This document shows positions 44,702 to 55,319 of a DNA stretch of 64,000 bases, piece after piece. Under the pieces are notes generated by a model. The model was not told where the DNA came from. It did no database searches and was given only the letters and a program-made list of their open reading frames with translations. Within the stretch, counting starts at the first letter, position 1, and each line of letters opens with the position of its first letter. The stretch comes from Thermoplasmatota archaeon (GTDB lineage: Archaea; Thermoplasmatota; E2; DHVEG-1): positions 5,635 through 69,634 of the forward strand of contig JALOTN010000006.1 of NCBI GenBank assembly GCA_025457885.1. The letters run 5' to 3'. The position numbers and the translations under genes are program-made.

Positions 44702-45640
44702 ATGAAGAAACGACTGGTCATAGCGCTTGGTGGAAACGCGTTAATAAAAAAAGGTCAGAAAGGCACTATTTACGAGCAGTTCGCAAACACCCGTGAGAGC
44801 TGTCGATCGATCGTCCGGATGATCAAAGAAGGCTGGGATGTCGTCATCACCCATGGAAACGGTCCTCAAGTAGGAGCCCTTGTGCTTCAAAACCAAGCAG
44901 CAAAAGACATCACCCCGGAGATGCCTCTGGGGATCTGCGTCGCTGAAAGCGAAGGATTAATCGGTTATATGATCCAGCAATGCCTCTCCAATGAGCTGAA
45001 ACGAGAGCAACTGGAAAGACCGGTTATCGCCCTTATCACCCAAGTGATTGTTGATCCAAAGGATCCTTCGTTAGAAAACCCCACGAAACCGATCGGTCCG
45101 TATTATAATGAGGAGGAATCCCTTCGTATGCTTCACGAGGGGTACCATATGACTCGTTTACCCCGAGGCTGGAGGATTGTCGTACCCTCCCCAGACCCGA
45201 TCCGCATCGTCGAAGGTGATATCATCCGCAAGATGCTCGATGATGATATCATTGTCATCGCCTCCGGGGGTGGAGGGATGCCGGTCATCGAGAAAGAAGG
45301 CTGGGGCTTGGACGGTCTTGAAGCAGTAGTCGATAAGGATCTTGCCGCGGAACGACTCGCTGAGGCGGTCGGAGCTCAAGTCCTGCTCATCTTAACCGAT
45401 GTCGAAAAAGTGTATCTTCACTATAACACCCCTTCACAAGAACCCCTGCAGAAGGTCACCTATGATCAGATGAAACAATACTATCTTGATGGGGAATTCC
45501 CTGAAGGGAACATGGGGCCAAAGATCCTAGCAGCCTTGCGTTTCCTAGAATATGGTGGAGAACGCGTCATCATCTCAAACATCGAACAAGGCTGGGAGGC
45601 TCTTGAGGGAAAAACCGGCACCTTAATTGTCCCTAAATAA
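44702..45640 (+). CDS. arcC: Carbamate kinase
   Basis: VIALGGNAL and VITHGNGPQVG motifs. ATG at 44702 lies within ORF 44633..45640. Confidence 0.88.
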   Translation: MKKRLVIALGGNALIKKGQKGTIYEQFANTRESCRSIVRMIKEGWDVVITHGNGPQVGALVLQNQAAKDITPEMPLGICVAESEGLIGYMIQQCLSNELKREQLERPVIALITQVIVDPKDPSLENPTKPIGPYYNEEESLRMLHEGYHMTRLPRGWRIVVPSPDPIRIVEGDIIRKMLDDDIIVIASGGGGMPVIEKEGWGLDGLEAVVDKDLAAERLAEAVGAQVLLILTDVEKVYLHYNTPSQEPLQKVTYDQMKQYYLDGEFPEGNMGPKILAALRFLEYGGERVIISNIEQGWEALEGKTGTLIVPK

Positions 45641-45700
45641 GCCGAGGGTCTCTACACGTGTTTTTTATAAGCCTTCAATGCATATACCGCAGGTAACCCC

Positions 45701-46810
45701 ATGGATACCTCAATAGAAAAACAAATCAAAGAAATAGAAGATGAGATTTTCAAGACTCAGAAAAACAAAGCCACTGAGCATCATATCGGGAAACTCAAAG
45801 CAAAAATGGCGCGTCTTCGGGAGATGGGTGAGAAGCGAAAAAGCTCAGGCCAGAAAGGAAAAGGCTTCTCCATTAAAAAATCTGGGGATGCGACCGTCGG
45901 CATCGTCGGGTTCCCCAGTGTTGGGAAAAGCACGCTTTTAAATCAGCTCACCGCGGCGGACAGCAAAGTCGGAGATTACGATTTCACAACCTTAGAAACT
46001 ATCCCGGGGATGCTGAAATACAAGGGGGCGGAAATTCAAATCCTAGACCTCCCTGGTCTCATCGTTGGTGCATCCAAGGGGAGAGGCCGGGGGCGAGAAG
46101 TCATCTCAGCGGTCCGCAGCGTTGATCTGCTTCTCTTGATGATCGATGCATTTGACCTGCACTATCTCAACCTCATCGAAAAAGAGCTTCAGGTGGCAGG
46201 GGTGCGGATGAATCAGAAGAAACCAGAGGTCGTCATCACAAAAAAATCATATGGAGGGATAGTGGTGAACTCCACGGTTCCCCTTACGTATCTGAACGAG
46301 CTGCTTGTGAAATCCATCGCCTCTGAGTTTGTCATCAATGCAGATATCACCCTGCGGGAGGACCTCACTGAGGATCAACTCATTGATACATTTGCGCAAA
46401 ACCGGGTGTATATCCCTGCGTTGGTCGTCATCAATAAAACAGACTTAGTCGCTCCTGAGGTGTTAAAGTCCATGGTCACTCAACTGCATCAACGTCGATG
46501 GGACGTTTGTGCTATCTCTGCGAAAAACAAGCAGAACCTTGATCATCTGAAGGAACAGATTTTTTTGCATTTACGGCTCATCCGAATTTTTATGAAACCG
46601 GTGGGAAAGAAAGCTGACTATATGCAACCAATGATTCTGCGTGAAGGCGAGACGGTTGGTGACGCCTGTCGACATATCCATCGTGATTTCCATCGGAACT
46701 TCCGGTACGCCTCCGTCTGGGGTCCGTCTGCGAAACATGCAGGGCAAAAGGTAGGCCTTGAACACGTCCTGAAGGATCAGGATGTCCTGACGATCGTCGT
46801 GACAAAATAA
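45701..46810 (+). CDS. DRG-type Obg-like GTPase with C-terminal TGS domain
   Basis: G1 GFPSVGKST, G3 DLPGLI, G4 NKTD. TGS-like C-terminus. Confidence 0.88.
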   Translation: MDTSIEKQIKEIEDEIFKTQKNKATEHHIGKLKAKMARLREMGEKRKSSGQKGKGFSIKKSGDATVGIVGFPSVGKSTLLNQLTAADSKVGDYDFTTLETIPGMLKYKGAEIQILDLPGLIVGASKGRGRGREVISAVRSVDLLLLMIDAFDLHYLNLIEKELQVAGVRMNQKKPEVVITKKSYGGIVVNSTVPLTYLNELLVKSIASEFVINADITLREDLTEDQLIDTFAQNRVYIPALVVINKTDLVAPEVLKSMVTQLHQRRWDVCAISAKNKQNLDHLKEQIFLHLRLIRIFMKPVGKKADYMQPMILREGETVGDACRHIHRDFHRNFRYASVWGPSAKHAGQKVGLEHVLKDQDVLTIVVTK

Positions 46811-46907
46811 AAACGAGTTCCTTCTATGGTTTTTTTTTATGTGATGGAAAGCTTATTTATTTGCCTTCCTGATTACCCCCTGTCGATGAGACAACAGGTG
46901 ATGAGTG

Positions 46908-47582
46908 ATGTTGAAAACTCCCGCGATTGTGTTAAACGTGAAAACCTATACGGAATCCACTGGTACAAACGCTCTTGAGCTGACGAGACTCATGGGGAAG
47001 ATTGCTTCTGAGACCAATGTGAGTATGGCAATTGCAGTGCAAGCCTGTGACCTCTCCAGATGTGCTGAACTGGGTAGTATTCCTGTCTATGCACAGCACA
47101 TTGATCCGATTAAACCCGGAAGTAGTACTGGGTGGACGTTACCAGAGGCGGTTAAACAAGCTGGAGCAGTCGGCACGCTGATTAACCATAGTGAGCATCG
47201 GTTGATTCTTGCGGACATCGACACCTGCATATTGCGTGCGAAGGACCTTGGGTTAGAGACCCTTGTCTGTACTAATAATGTGGCGACCTCCAAAGCAGTC
47301 GCTACTTTTTCACCTGGGTTGCTTGCGGTGGAGCCTCCGGAGCTTATCGGTGGGGACATCTCGGTAACTACTGCAGACCCAGGTATCGTCAGTAACACCG
47401 TCCAAGCTGTTCGAAAAATCAACAGTTCCGTAAAAATCCTCTGCGGCGCTGGGGTGAAAAACGGAAAAGATGTGTCTAAAGCAATTGAGCTTGGTGCCGA
47501 TGGTGTGCTTCTCGCCAGTGGTGTGGTCAAAGCAAAAAACAAAGAAGAGGTCCTTCGGGATTTAGCCGCAGGCATTTTTTAG
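46908..47582 (+). CDS. tpiA: Triosephosphate isomerase (short archaeal type)
   Basis: LINHSEHR and AVEPPELIG motifs. About 224 aa. Confidence 0.9.
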   Translation: MLKTPAIVLNVKTYTESTGTNALELTRLMGKIASETNVSMAIAVQACDLSRCAELGSIPVYAQHIDPIKPGSSTGWTLPEAVKQAGAVGTLINHSEHRLILADIDTCILRAKDLGLETLVCTNNVATSKAVATFSPGLLAVEPPELIGGDISVTTADPGIVSNTVQAVRKINSSVKILCGAGVKNGKDVSKAIELGADGVLLASGVVKAKNKEEVLRDLAAGIF

Positions 47583-47586
47583 AATA

Positions 47587-48234
47587 TTATGCTTCTTTGA
47601 GCTGTCTGATGGCCGTCCGATAATCTTTGCTATGGAAGATGAAGCTTGCTGCAACTAGGACATCAGCCCCGTTCTGTTTCACTAGCCTGGCGTTTTGATT
47701 ATTGATTCCGCCATCGATTTGTAAGTAGATCTTCTTGTGTGTGCGTTGAATGGCTTCATACGCCTGCTTAAGCTTGGGGACCATCTCAGGGATGAAACGC
47801 TGACCTGAAAAACCAGGGTGAACCGACATGATCAATACCAGGTCGACCTCAGGGAGTAGCATGCTGATTTCCTCAAAGGAGGTCTCTGGGTTTATCGAAA
47901 TCCCTGCCTTACCTCCACCTTCCTTGATATGACGCAGGATCGGGACAGGGTCTGCGTTAGCCTCTTTATGAATGGTGATAAGGTCAGCACCCGCTTTCAA
48001 GAAGGCATCGACATACTTTTCCGGATGTTGTATCATCAGATGACAATCCAGGAACAGAGTGGTTTTTTTCCGTATGTTTTCAACCACCACTGGCCCAATT
48101 GTGATGTTTGGGACGAAATGACCATCCATGACATCGATGTGAAGCCATTCTGCCCCTGCATCAGCGACTGCTGTGATTTCCTCTTGGAGTCTTGTAAAAT
48201 CCGCAGATAGAATCGATGGAGCGACAATCACCAT
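47587..48234 (-). CDS. rpe: Ribulose-phosphate 3-epimerase
   Basis: APSILSADF, HIDVMDGHFVPN and VHPGFSGQRF motifs. Confidence 0.92.
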   Translation of the reverse strand: MVIVAPSILSADFTRLQEEITAVADAGAEWLHIDVMDGHFVPNITIGPVVVENIRKKTTLFLDCHLMIQHPEKYVDAFLKAGADLITIHKEANADPVPILRHIKEGGGKAGISINPETSFEEISMLLPEVDLVLIMSVHPGFSGQRFIPEMVPKLKQAYEAIQRTHKKIYLQIDGGINNQNARLVKQNGADVLVAASFIFHSKDYRTAIRQLKEA

Positions 48235-48470
48235 AGATACTCAGCAGATGATATGACCCAGGTCTTTATAAAACTAAACCATTCTTCTTGAGATGTGATC
48301 CTGTCCTGGAATTATGTCAAAATGATATTCTACCAGCATACGCTTTTATAGATGAAGCACCCTCGTAGGTCTTGGAACACCGATATGGTCAGGCCGAACA
48401 CCATCTTTTTTTCCCAAGGCCTGCCCATCCCATCCCATATCTTTCTTCTCCGAGAACAACAGAGAGTGTT

Positions 48471-48483
48471 AAAATATATAAAG
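48471..48483 (+). promoter_or_regulatory. TATA-box-like element upstream of the radical SAM gene
   Basis: aaaatatataaag lies 47-59 nt upstream of ATG 48530. Confidence 0.4.
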
Positions 48484-48529
48484 ATTGCACGATATAGCCC
48501 TTGTCAAATCCCATAGAAGGTTGACCGTT

Positions 48530-50053
48530 ATGAAGGAATTAGAGAAAACATCCTCTGTGTGCCCTGCGTGTTTCCAAGAAGGGAAAATCCATAAGATTGA
48601 TGCAAAGATCATTGAAGATGACGGGAAAGTCTGGATTGCCAAAACATGTGATGAACATGGAGAGTTTAAGGATATTTACTTTGGTGATGTCGGGTTGTAT
48701 CAGAAATGGATGAAATTCGGGAAAAGTGGTGACGTTAACCCTGATGTGAAGACCTCATTATTTGACGATCCTTCTTTGTATCCGGAGCATCGGTCGCAAA
48801 GTGTGCTGACGAATCTGTTGGTGACGAACCGATGTAACCTGCGTTGCGGGTATTGTTTCATGAATGCAGGTGCCTCAGGGTACGTCTATGAACCTTCCCT
48901 TGATGAGATTAAAAAAATGCTGGAGCAGGCGCGCAAGGAACGACCGATGGGATCTAAAGCGATCCAGATCACAGGCGGGGAGCCTACGATTCGGGAGGAT
49001 CTCTTTGACATCGTCCGGCTTGCTCGAGAAGCGGGTTTCTCTCATATCCAGCTGAACTCCAATGGGATTAAACTTGCAGAGAGTGTAGAGTATTGTAAGA
49101 AACTGAAAGAAGCAAAGGTCAACACAGTGTACATGAGTTTTGATGGAGTCAGTAAGGAGACGAATCCCTGGATTGACCAGCTTATTCAGACAATTGAGAA
49201 CTTCCGTGAGGCGAATCTCCGTGCAGTGCTTGTCCCAGTGATCATCGGTGAGAAGAATCTTCATGAGACCGGGAAGATTATTCAGTTTGCATTAGATCAT
49301 ATCGACATTATCCGTGGCGTGAACTTCCAGCCGGTCTCGTTCTGCGGGCGGATTACGAAAATTAAGGATGAGAAACGGGAGAAACAACGGGTGGATTACG
49401 TCCGCATGATGGAGGTGATCGAAAAGGAGTTCCATGGTCTGATCAGCCGGGATGATTTCTATCCGGTTCCCTTCGTGTATCCTGTCTCTGAGCTCATCGA
49501 GTCATTGAAGGGAGAAAAACAAGTCGAGTTCACCGCCCATCCAGGGTGCGGTGGTGCGACATACATCTTCCTTGAGGATGGTAAACCGTTGCCGATCACC
49601 CGGTTCATCGATGTGGAAGGATTCATGAAATTCATCAATAAACAAGCTGAGGTGAAAGGACCATTGAAAAAAGTACGGGTCGCGACATCCTTCCTTCGGA
49701 ACGTGGATAAATTCGTTGATAAGGAGAAAGCGCCAAAGGATTTCGATCTGAAAAAGATCCTGATTGATGCCGCGGTCGGTGGAAGCTATGATTCCTTACG
49801 TGGTTTCCATTATAAGAGTCTGTTTGTTGGTTCAATGTGGTTCATGGATACCTTTAATTTGAATCTCCATCGGCTGGAACGATGCTGCATCCATTACACG
49901 ACCGAGGAGGGCATCATTCCCTTCTGTTCCTACAATGGTCTTGGATATGGGGATAAAATCCGTGAGAAGCATTCTCTACCTATCAAGGAATGGGAGGAGA
50001 AAACAGGTCGGCCGATGCGGGATGACCTTTGGAAACATGGCCCGTTAACCTAA
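48530..50053 (+). CDS. Radical SAM enzyme with N-terminal Zn-ribbon, MJ0619/GDGT-MAS (tetraether lipid synthase, Tes)-like candidate
   Basis: CPACF...CDEHG ribbon, CNLRCGYC cluster motif, about 507 aa. Architecture as I recall for the Tes/GDGT-MAS family. ATG at 48530 lies within ORF 48485..50053. Confidence 0.5.
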   Translation: MKELEKTSSVCPACFQEGKIHKIDAKIIEDDGKVWIAKTCDEHGEFKDIYFGDVGLYQKWMKFGKSGDVNPDVKTSLFDDPSLYPEHRSQSVLTNLLVTNRCNLRCGYCFMNAGASGYVYEPSLDEIKKMLEQARKERPMGSKAIQITGGEPTIREDLFDIVRLAREAGFSHIQLNSNGIKLAESVEYCKKLKEAKVNTVYMSFDGVSKETNPWIDQLIQTIENFREANLRAVLVPVIIGEKNLHETGKIIQFALDHIDIIRGVNFQPVSFCGRITKIKDEKREKQRVDYVRMMEVIEKEFHGLISRDDFYPVPFVYPVSELIESLKGEKQVEFTAHPGCGGATYIFLEDGKPLPITRFIDVEGFMKFINKQAEVKGPLKKVRVATSFLRNVDKFVDKEKAPKDFDLKKILIDAAVGGSYDSLRGFHYKSLFVGSMWFMDTFNLNLHRLERCCIHYTTEEGIIPFCSYNGLGYGDKIREKHSLPIKEWEEKTGRPMRDDLWKHGPLT

Positions 50054-50114
50054 AATCATTATTCTTTTTTTTTCTCTTTATTCTCTTGGTTTTCTCCTTA
50101 TTCTATGATAGTAC

Positions 50115-50130
50115 AAAAATATATAAATAA
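50115..50130 (+). promoter_or_regulatory. TATA-box-like element upstream of the M28 peptidase gene
   Basis: aaaaatatataaataa lies 54-69 nt upstream of ATG 50184. Confidence 0.35.
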
Positions 50131-50183
50131 CGTAATCAAATATAGAGGTATAGAAAACCTTTAAGGTCTAAGGGGATTATTGT

Positions 50184-51539
50184 ATGAAACATAGAGGAAA
50201 TAAAACGTATAGGTTCTACAAGGCTTTAGTTATCGTTGTCACATTTGGTCTCTTACTCATTCCAGGTTATGCTCTGGCACATATCTCTGATATAATGAGC
50301 GATCCTACACCACATCACCCTGCATACATACAAAGTAGAGACGACCTAAAAACCGTCGTGATACCTCCCCGTAGTTCTCCATATCATCTGAATCCTCTTT
50401 CCACAATGAATCTTGATATTGCTGAATTGATTCAGCAGGTGGATGAATCTCTTATCCTTGGATATTTGGAGAATCTAACAAGTTTTGGGCCACGGCTCTC
50501 CGGGACAATTGCGTGTAATTTGTCTGCCCAATATCTTTATGAGACATTCCAGGGGATGGGTTTAGAGGTCCGCTATCATAATTACACTGATTATACGGTC
50601 TCTGGAAGGAATGTTGAAGCGACATTACCCGGGACCGGATCTGATAATATCTTTATCATCTGTGGGCATTATGATTCAGTTGCCTCTAGTCCTGGTGCGG
50701 ATGATGACGGCTCTGGTGTCGCAGCAGTCCTTGCTGCAGCAGAAGTGATGAGGAACTATGAGTTTTTCCACACCATACGATTTGTCGCATTTTCCGGGGA
50801 GGAACAAGGATTGGTTGGAAGCTCTCATTACGCGGAGGATGCTTATGCAGCGAATGAAACCATAATCGCAGTCCTCAATGCAGATATGATTGGGTTTGCT
50901 CCTTTACCATCTGATGGCACCAAAGGGAAAATATTTGAGAATGAGGCTTCCGAGTGGATCGTGCAGTACAGCCAAGCGGTAAGCCAAAACTACTGGGATT
51001 ACATTGGTATTGAACTGACGCCTCAGGGTGAGACCTGGGGGAGTGACCATTATTCGTTCTGGCAGTATGGGTATGATGCAGTGTTTTATCATGAACATAA
51101 TTTCAATGATTATTATCACTCTGCAAATGACACAATAAATCATATGAATCTTTCCTACTCTTCTCGATTCACCAGGCTTATTTTAGCAACCCTCGCAGAG
51201 ATGGCGTTGCAACCACGCCCGGTGCTTGAAATCTCCAGCATCAGTGGAGGTCTTGGGATCACCACACAAGTTCGCAACGTCGGTGAGCTCAACGCTAGTG
51301 ATGTGAATATTTCCATTTCTTTGACTGGGGGATTGCTGGGATTGTACGATATGTCTTCTATCACGGGAGTTGATTTGCTCGCACCATTAGAATCAACACA
51401 GCATAAAGCGATTCCATTCCGGATAGGTACTATCGAAATTGAGGTAGCCGCATGGGCATCCAACGCAGATCAAGTGACAAAACATGCGACAGGGTTCCTG
51501 CTAGGTCCTCTTGTGCTGAGGCTTGTTGTCACCCCATAA
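50184..51539 (+). CDS. Secreted M28-family aminopeptidase with C-terminal CARDB-like module
   Basis: Signal VIVVTFGLLLIPGYALA. Zn ligand motifs CGHYDS, ADDDGSGVA, SGEEQGLVGS and LNADMIG. The C-terminal module is shared with 3934..5238. Confidence 0.85.
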   Translation: MKHRGNKTYRFYKALVIVVTFGLLLIPGYALAHISDIMSDPTPHHPAYIQSRDDLKTVVIPPRSSPYHLNPLSTMNLDIAELIQQVDESLILGYLENLTSFGPRLSGTIACNLSAQYLYETFQGMGLEVRYHNYTDYTVSGRNVEATLPGTGSDNIFIICGHYDSVASSPGADDDGSGVAAVLAAAEVMRNYEFFHTIRFVAFSGEEQGLVGSSHYAEDAYAANETIIAVLNADMIGFAPLPSDGTKGKIFENEASEWIVQYSQAVSQNYWDYIGIELTPQGETWGSDHYSFWQYGYDAVFYHEHNFNDYYHSANDTINHMNLSYSSRFTRLILATLAEMALQPRPVLEISSISGGLGITTQVRNVGELNASDVNISISLTGGLLGLYDMSSITGVDLLAPLESTQHKAIPFRIGTIEIEVAAWASNADQVTKHATGFLLGPLVLRLVVTP

Positions 51540-51655
51540 TTTTCTTTTTTTTCTATTTCATCAGTTCCTTTTGCTCCTGATTATGAAGCGAGAACCTTAA
51601 TATCTACTTATTTTATACCTGTCTGAACCCTTTCAGAGAAAAGGGAGGCGCTTCC

Positions 51656-53179
51656 ATGGCAATTATCATTACTGGATCTGGTTTTACTATCGAAAAACTC
51701 ATTGAGGTCGCACGACATCATGAGGAGATACAACTCCATCCGGATGCTCTTGCCCGTATCAAGGCATGTCGGTTGATGCTTGAGAATAAAATCAAAGCCC
51801 ATGAGATTATGTACGGAGTCAACACGGGGATTGGGGAGTTCTCTGAAGTCGTACTGAATGATTCCCAGATGAAGGAGTTCCAGAAATATCTTATTTACAA
51901 CCATGCAGCAGGCATTGGAGATCCCGCCCCGCTGGAGTATGTCCGTGGCGCGATGGTCGCCCGGGTAAATGTCCATGCGCATGGGAACTCAGGGTGTCGC
52001 CCGGAGATCACTCAGACGTTGATTGAGATGTTAAATAAAGGTGTCACCCCGTTTGTCTGTCAGAAAGGCAGTGTTGGTGCTTGTGGAGATTTGGCTCCGA
52101 TGGCACAGATCGCATTACTTATGATGGGGGAGGGAAAAGCATACTATAAAGGAGAATTGCTGCAGGGTCGGGATGCGATGAAGAAAGCAGGGATACCCAT
52201 CCCTGGGTTGCAGGCACGGGATGGTCTGGCGATCATCAACGGATCAAATCTGTTGACTGCGATGAGTGGTTTATTTTTATATGATGCGAATAATTGGTTG
52301 AAGCAAGCAGAAATAGCAGCGGCTATGTCCCTTGAAGCCTTAAAGGCGAACATGAAACCGTACAACGTGAAGATCCATCAGGTGCGCGGGTTCCCTGGGG
52401 CGGTTCGAAGTGCTCTAGCGATTCAGAAATGCATCAAAGGCGGAGACCTAATTGAGGGTAAAATGAAATGTAAAGTCCAGGATGCCTATTCGATGCGGTC
52501 GACTCCCCAGGTGATTGGAGCGGCTCATGATGCTCTTGCGTATGCGCGGTCTCAGGTGGAAATCGAGCTGAATGGTGTGGGGGATAACCCGATTTTCTTC
52601 CCTGATGAGAACCTTCAGTTATCCGGGGCGAACTTCCAGGGATCACCCGTATCACTTCCAATGGATATGGCGGGTACGGCTATTACCATGGTATCTGTGT
52701 TATCAGAGCGTCGGATGAATCGTCTGAACAACCCTGCGTTGAATGTCGGGTTACCCGCGTTTCTAACTAAAGGAGCGGGGATGTTCTCTGGTTTGATGTT
52801 GAGTCAGTACACCGCGGATGCGTTGATTGTCGAACAGCGAATCTTATCAGCTCCTGCGTCGATCCAGTCGATTCCTGCTGCCGCGGACCAGGAGGATTTT
52901 GTCTCAATGGGGATGACAACAGCGATTAAGAATTTCCAGATTCTTGATAATGCCTATGGGATTCTTGGGATCGAGTTTATGGCTGCCGCGCAAGCCCTGG
53001 ATTTCCGTGATTATCAATGCGGGAAAGGGGTGACAAAGGCAAAAGAAATCATCCGAAAACATGTTAAGTTCCTCGATGAGGATCGACCGTTATACCCGGA
53101 TCATACTACAATGAAGGAGCTGGTGAAATCCGGTGAGATTCTCCATGAAGTCGAGACCGCTGTAGGAAGTCTGGAGTAG
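51656..53179 (+). CDS. hutH: Histidine ammonia-lyase (MIO enzyme) with Ala-Cys-Gly triad
   Basis: YGVNTGIGEF, NHAAG, GSVGACGDLAPM, INGSN, QDAYSMRSTPQV and DQEDFVSMG motifs. Convergent with hutU. Confidence 0.88.
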   Translation: MAIIITGSGFTIEKLIEVARHHEEIQLHPDALARIKACRLMLENKIKAHEIMYGVNTGIGEFSEVVLNDSQMKEFQKYLIYNHAAGIGDPAPLEYVRGAMVARVNVHAHGNSGCRPEITQTLIEMLNKGVTPFVCQKGSVGACGDLAPMAQIALLMMGEGKAYYKGELLQGRDAMKKAGIPIPGLQARDGLAIINGSNLLTAMSGLFLYDANNWLKQAEIAAAMSLEALKANMKPYNVKIHQVRGFPGAVRSALAIQKCIKGGDLIEGKMKCKVQDAYSMRSTPQVIGAAHDALAYARSQVEIELNGVGDNPIFFPDENLQLSGANFQGSPVSLPMDMAGTAITMVSVLSERRMNRLNNPALNVGLPAFLTKGAGMFSGLMLSQYTADALIVEQRILSAPASIQSIPAAADQEDFVSMGMTTAIKNFQILDNAYGILGIEFMAAAQALDFRDYQCGKGVTKAKEIIRKHVKFLDEDRPLYPDHTTMKELVKSGEILHEVETAVGSLE

Positions 53180-53206
53180 AGTCACAGGTTTCTTTTTCAA
53201 TTTTTT

Positions 53207-54877
53207 TTATTTTTTGATCATCGGGATTTGAATATGTGATTGTTTCACTTGTTGAATCGCTTCTTTGTATCCAGCGTCTGCATGTCGAGCGACCCCCATA
53301 CCTGGGTCGGTGGTGAAGACCCGTCTGATGCGTTCATCGGTTTCTGTGGTGCCGTCACAAACAACAACCATCCCTGCATGTGTGGATAATCCAATGCCGA
53401 CACCCCCGCCATTGTGGATTTGTACGCTATCTGCTCCTGCGGCGCAGTTGAGAAGTGCGTTGAGTAACGGCCAGTCTGCGATTGCGTCACTGCCGTCTCT
53501 CATTGATTCGGTTTCCCGGTATGGTGAGGCAACACTGCCGCTATCGAGATGATCCCTGGTGATGGCGATGGGGCCGATTTTTTTCTCCCGGACCATTTTA
53601 TTGATGACCAGGGCGAACTCTGCTCGCTCCCCGTATCCAAGCCAGCAGACACGCGCGGGAAGTCCTTCCCAGGGGAGGTGCTTCTCGGCAAGGGTGATCC
53701 AGTTTGTTAACACCATGTCTTTTGGAAAGAGTCTTCTGGCTGCTTCATCGGTTTTGAGAATATCCTTTGGGTCACCGGTGAGTGCGAGCCAGCGGAAGGG
53801 TCCTCGGCCGACACAGAACATCGGTCTGATGTATGCGGGGACAAACCCGGGGTAGTCAAACGCGTTTTTCAAGCCTGCTTTCATGGCTTGGCCTCGGAGG
53901 TTGTTCCCGTAATCGAACACTATTGAACCTTTCTTTTGAAAATCAAGGAGTGCAGTACAATGTTGTTTGATGCTTTGCATGGACTGTTTGATGTATAAGG
54001 TGGGGTTCTTTTTTCGTAGTTCATCTGCTTGTCGGAGTGATTCACCGTAGAATTTTGCAGGGACATATCCGTTGAGCTCATCATGTGCTGAGGTCTGATC
54101 GGTGACGATATCCGGGTTGAATCCTTCTTTCACTAACCAGGGCATGATGGTTGCGCAATTTCCCAATAAGCCAATAGAGAGTGGTTTTTTTTCTTTTTTC
54201 GCTTGAGCTGCGAGTGTTACTGCTTCATTGATATCTTTTATTTTTTTGTCACAGAATCCTGCGTTGATTCGTCGGTCGATACGTTTTTCATCACATTCAA
54301 CCGCGAGGCACACGCCTTGGTTCATGGTGACGGCGAGCGGTTGCGCACCACCCATACCACCAAGTCCACCGGTGAGGACGATCTTTCCTTTCAGGGTGCT
54401 TTTGAAATGTTTTTTTGCACAAGCAGCAAACGTCTCATAAGTCCCTTGGATGATTCCTTGGGTGCCGATGTAACACCAGGACCCTGCAGTCATCTGCCCA
54501 TACATGGTTAAGCCTTGGTGTTCGAGGTTTCGAAAGTTCTCCCAGGTGCTCCAGTGTGGGACGAGGTTTGAGTTCGCCATGAGGACCCGTGGTGCGGTCG
54601 TCCAGGTTTTGAAGACCGCGACTGGTTTTCCTGATTGAATGATGAGTGTTTCATCATCGTTGAGTTTTTTTAGAGTGGTGACGATTGCGTCGTAGCATTT
54701 CCAGTTGCGTGCTGCTTTACCGGTGCCACCGTAGATGATGAGGTCCTCTGGTTTTTCTGCGTTCTCCAGATTGTTCTCCAGCATCCGGAGGATTGCTTCT
54801 TGTTTCCAGTTTTTACAGCGCAGCTTGTTTCCCTTTTGAACCTTCACGTGTCGTGTCATGGTTTCGAATTTGCACAA
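53207..54877 (-). CDS. hutU: Urocanate hydratase
   Basis: [16 protein letters not shown]-binding motif. 556 aa and full-length family pattern. Confidence 0.92.
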   Translation of the reverse strand: MCKFETMTRHVKVQKGNKLRCKNWKQEAILRMLENNLENAEKPEDLIIYGGTGKAARNWKCYDAIVTTLKKLNDDETLIIQSGKPVAVFKTWTTAPRVLMANSNLVPHWSTWENFRNLEHQGLTMYGQMTAGSWCYIGTQGIIQGTYETFAACAKKHFKSTLKGKIVLTGGLGGMGGAQPLAVTMNQGVCLAVECDEKRIDRRINAGFCDKKIKDINEAVTLAAQAKKEKKPLSIGLLGNCATIMPWLVKEGFNPDIVTDQTSAHDELNGYVPAKFYGESLRQADELRKKNPTLYIKQSMQSIKQHCTALLDFQKKGSIVFDYGNNLRGQAMKAGLKNAFDYPGFVPAYIRPMFCVGRGPFRWLALTGDPKDILKTDEAARRLFPKDMVLTNWITLAEKHLPWEGLPARVCWLGYGERAEFALVINKMVREKKIGPIAITRDHLDSGSVASPYRETESMRDGSDAIADWPLLNALLNCAAGADSVQIHNGGGVGIGLSTHAGMVVVCDGTTETDERIRRVFTTDPGMGVARHADAGYKEAIQQVKQSHIQIPMIKK

Positions 54878-55033
54878 GGAAAACGATATACAAAAACTTT
54901 GTTACATGTAGAATAAAAGGGAAGGACGGCTGGCCTCACTAGGAGGGGATGGGATGCACTCTAACAAAATAACAACTACCAGCCCAATTCCTTCCATGTT
55001 ATAATAAGAATAACCCCTATATATGCTTTTCGA

Positions 55034-55249
55034 TTAAATGAAGGAAATACTGACGACGTTGCTGCCCCGAAGGATAATTCTCCCCAGTCGGCGTTTGGTT
55101 TCATCCTTGGATTCTTCGACTTCATCCAGCACGAGGTTCATGTATTCATCGTATCCTAACAGCTTGCCTTCAATATGTCTGCCATCTTTTAAGAGAAGGA
55201 GTAATTTCTGGTTCACTGCTTTTTCCAGGACATCTAATGGTAAGGACAT
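55034..55249 (-). CDS. Sm-like (LSm) archaeal protein
   Basis: Sm1/Sm2 pattern LLLLKDGRHIEGKLLGYDEYMNLVLDEVEE...ILRGSNVVSI. ATG at 55249 lies within ORF 55034..55270. Confidence 0.88.
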   Translation of the reverse strand: MSLPLDVLEKAVNQKLLLLLKDGRHIEGKLLGYDEYMNLVLDEVEESKDETKRRLGRIILRGSNVVSISFI

Positions 55250-55319
55250 GGCAGAAGGTAAGGAGAGCACCCTTTTTAAAACTATTCCTTAGCCCCTCGA
55301 AGAACGTGGTTTCATCATC

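Noticed and set aside
47087-47575. 162-aa ORF antisense to tpiA
   Set aside because: A shadow ORF. It is Ala/Ser/Pro-rich and has no family resemblance, while tpiA on the plus strand is unambiguous.
48235-48470. Possible structured ncRNA (SRP RNA or RNase P RNA) in the roughly 250-bp gap upstream of the radical SAM gene
   Set aside because: I could recognise no conserved SRP or RNase P motifs and no extended helices. The region is most simply a long promoter or leader region.
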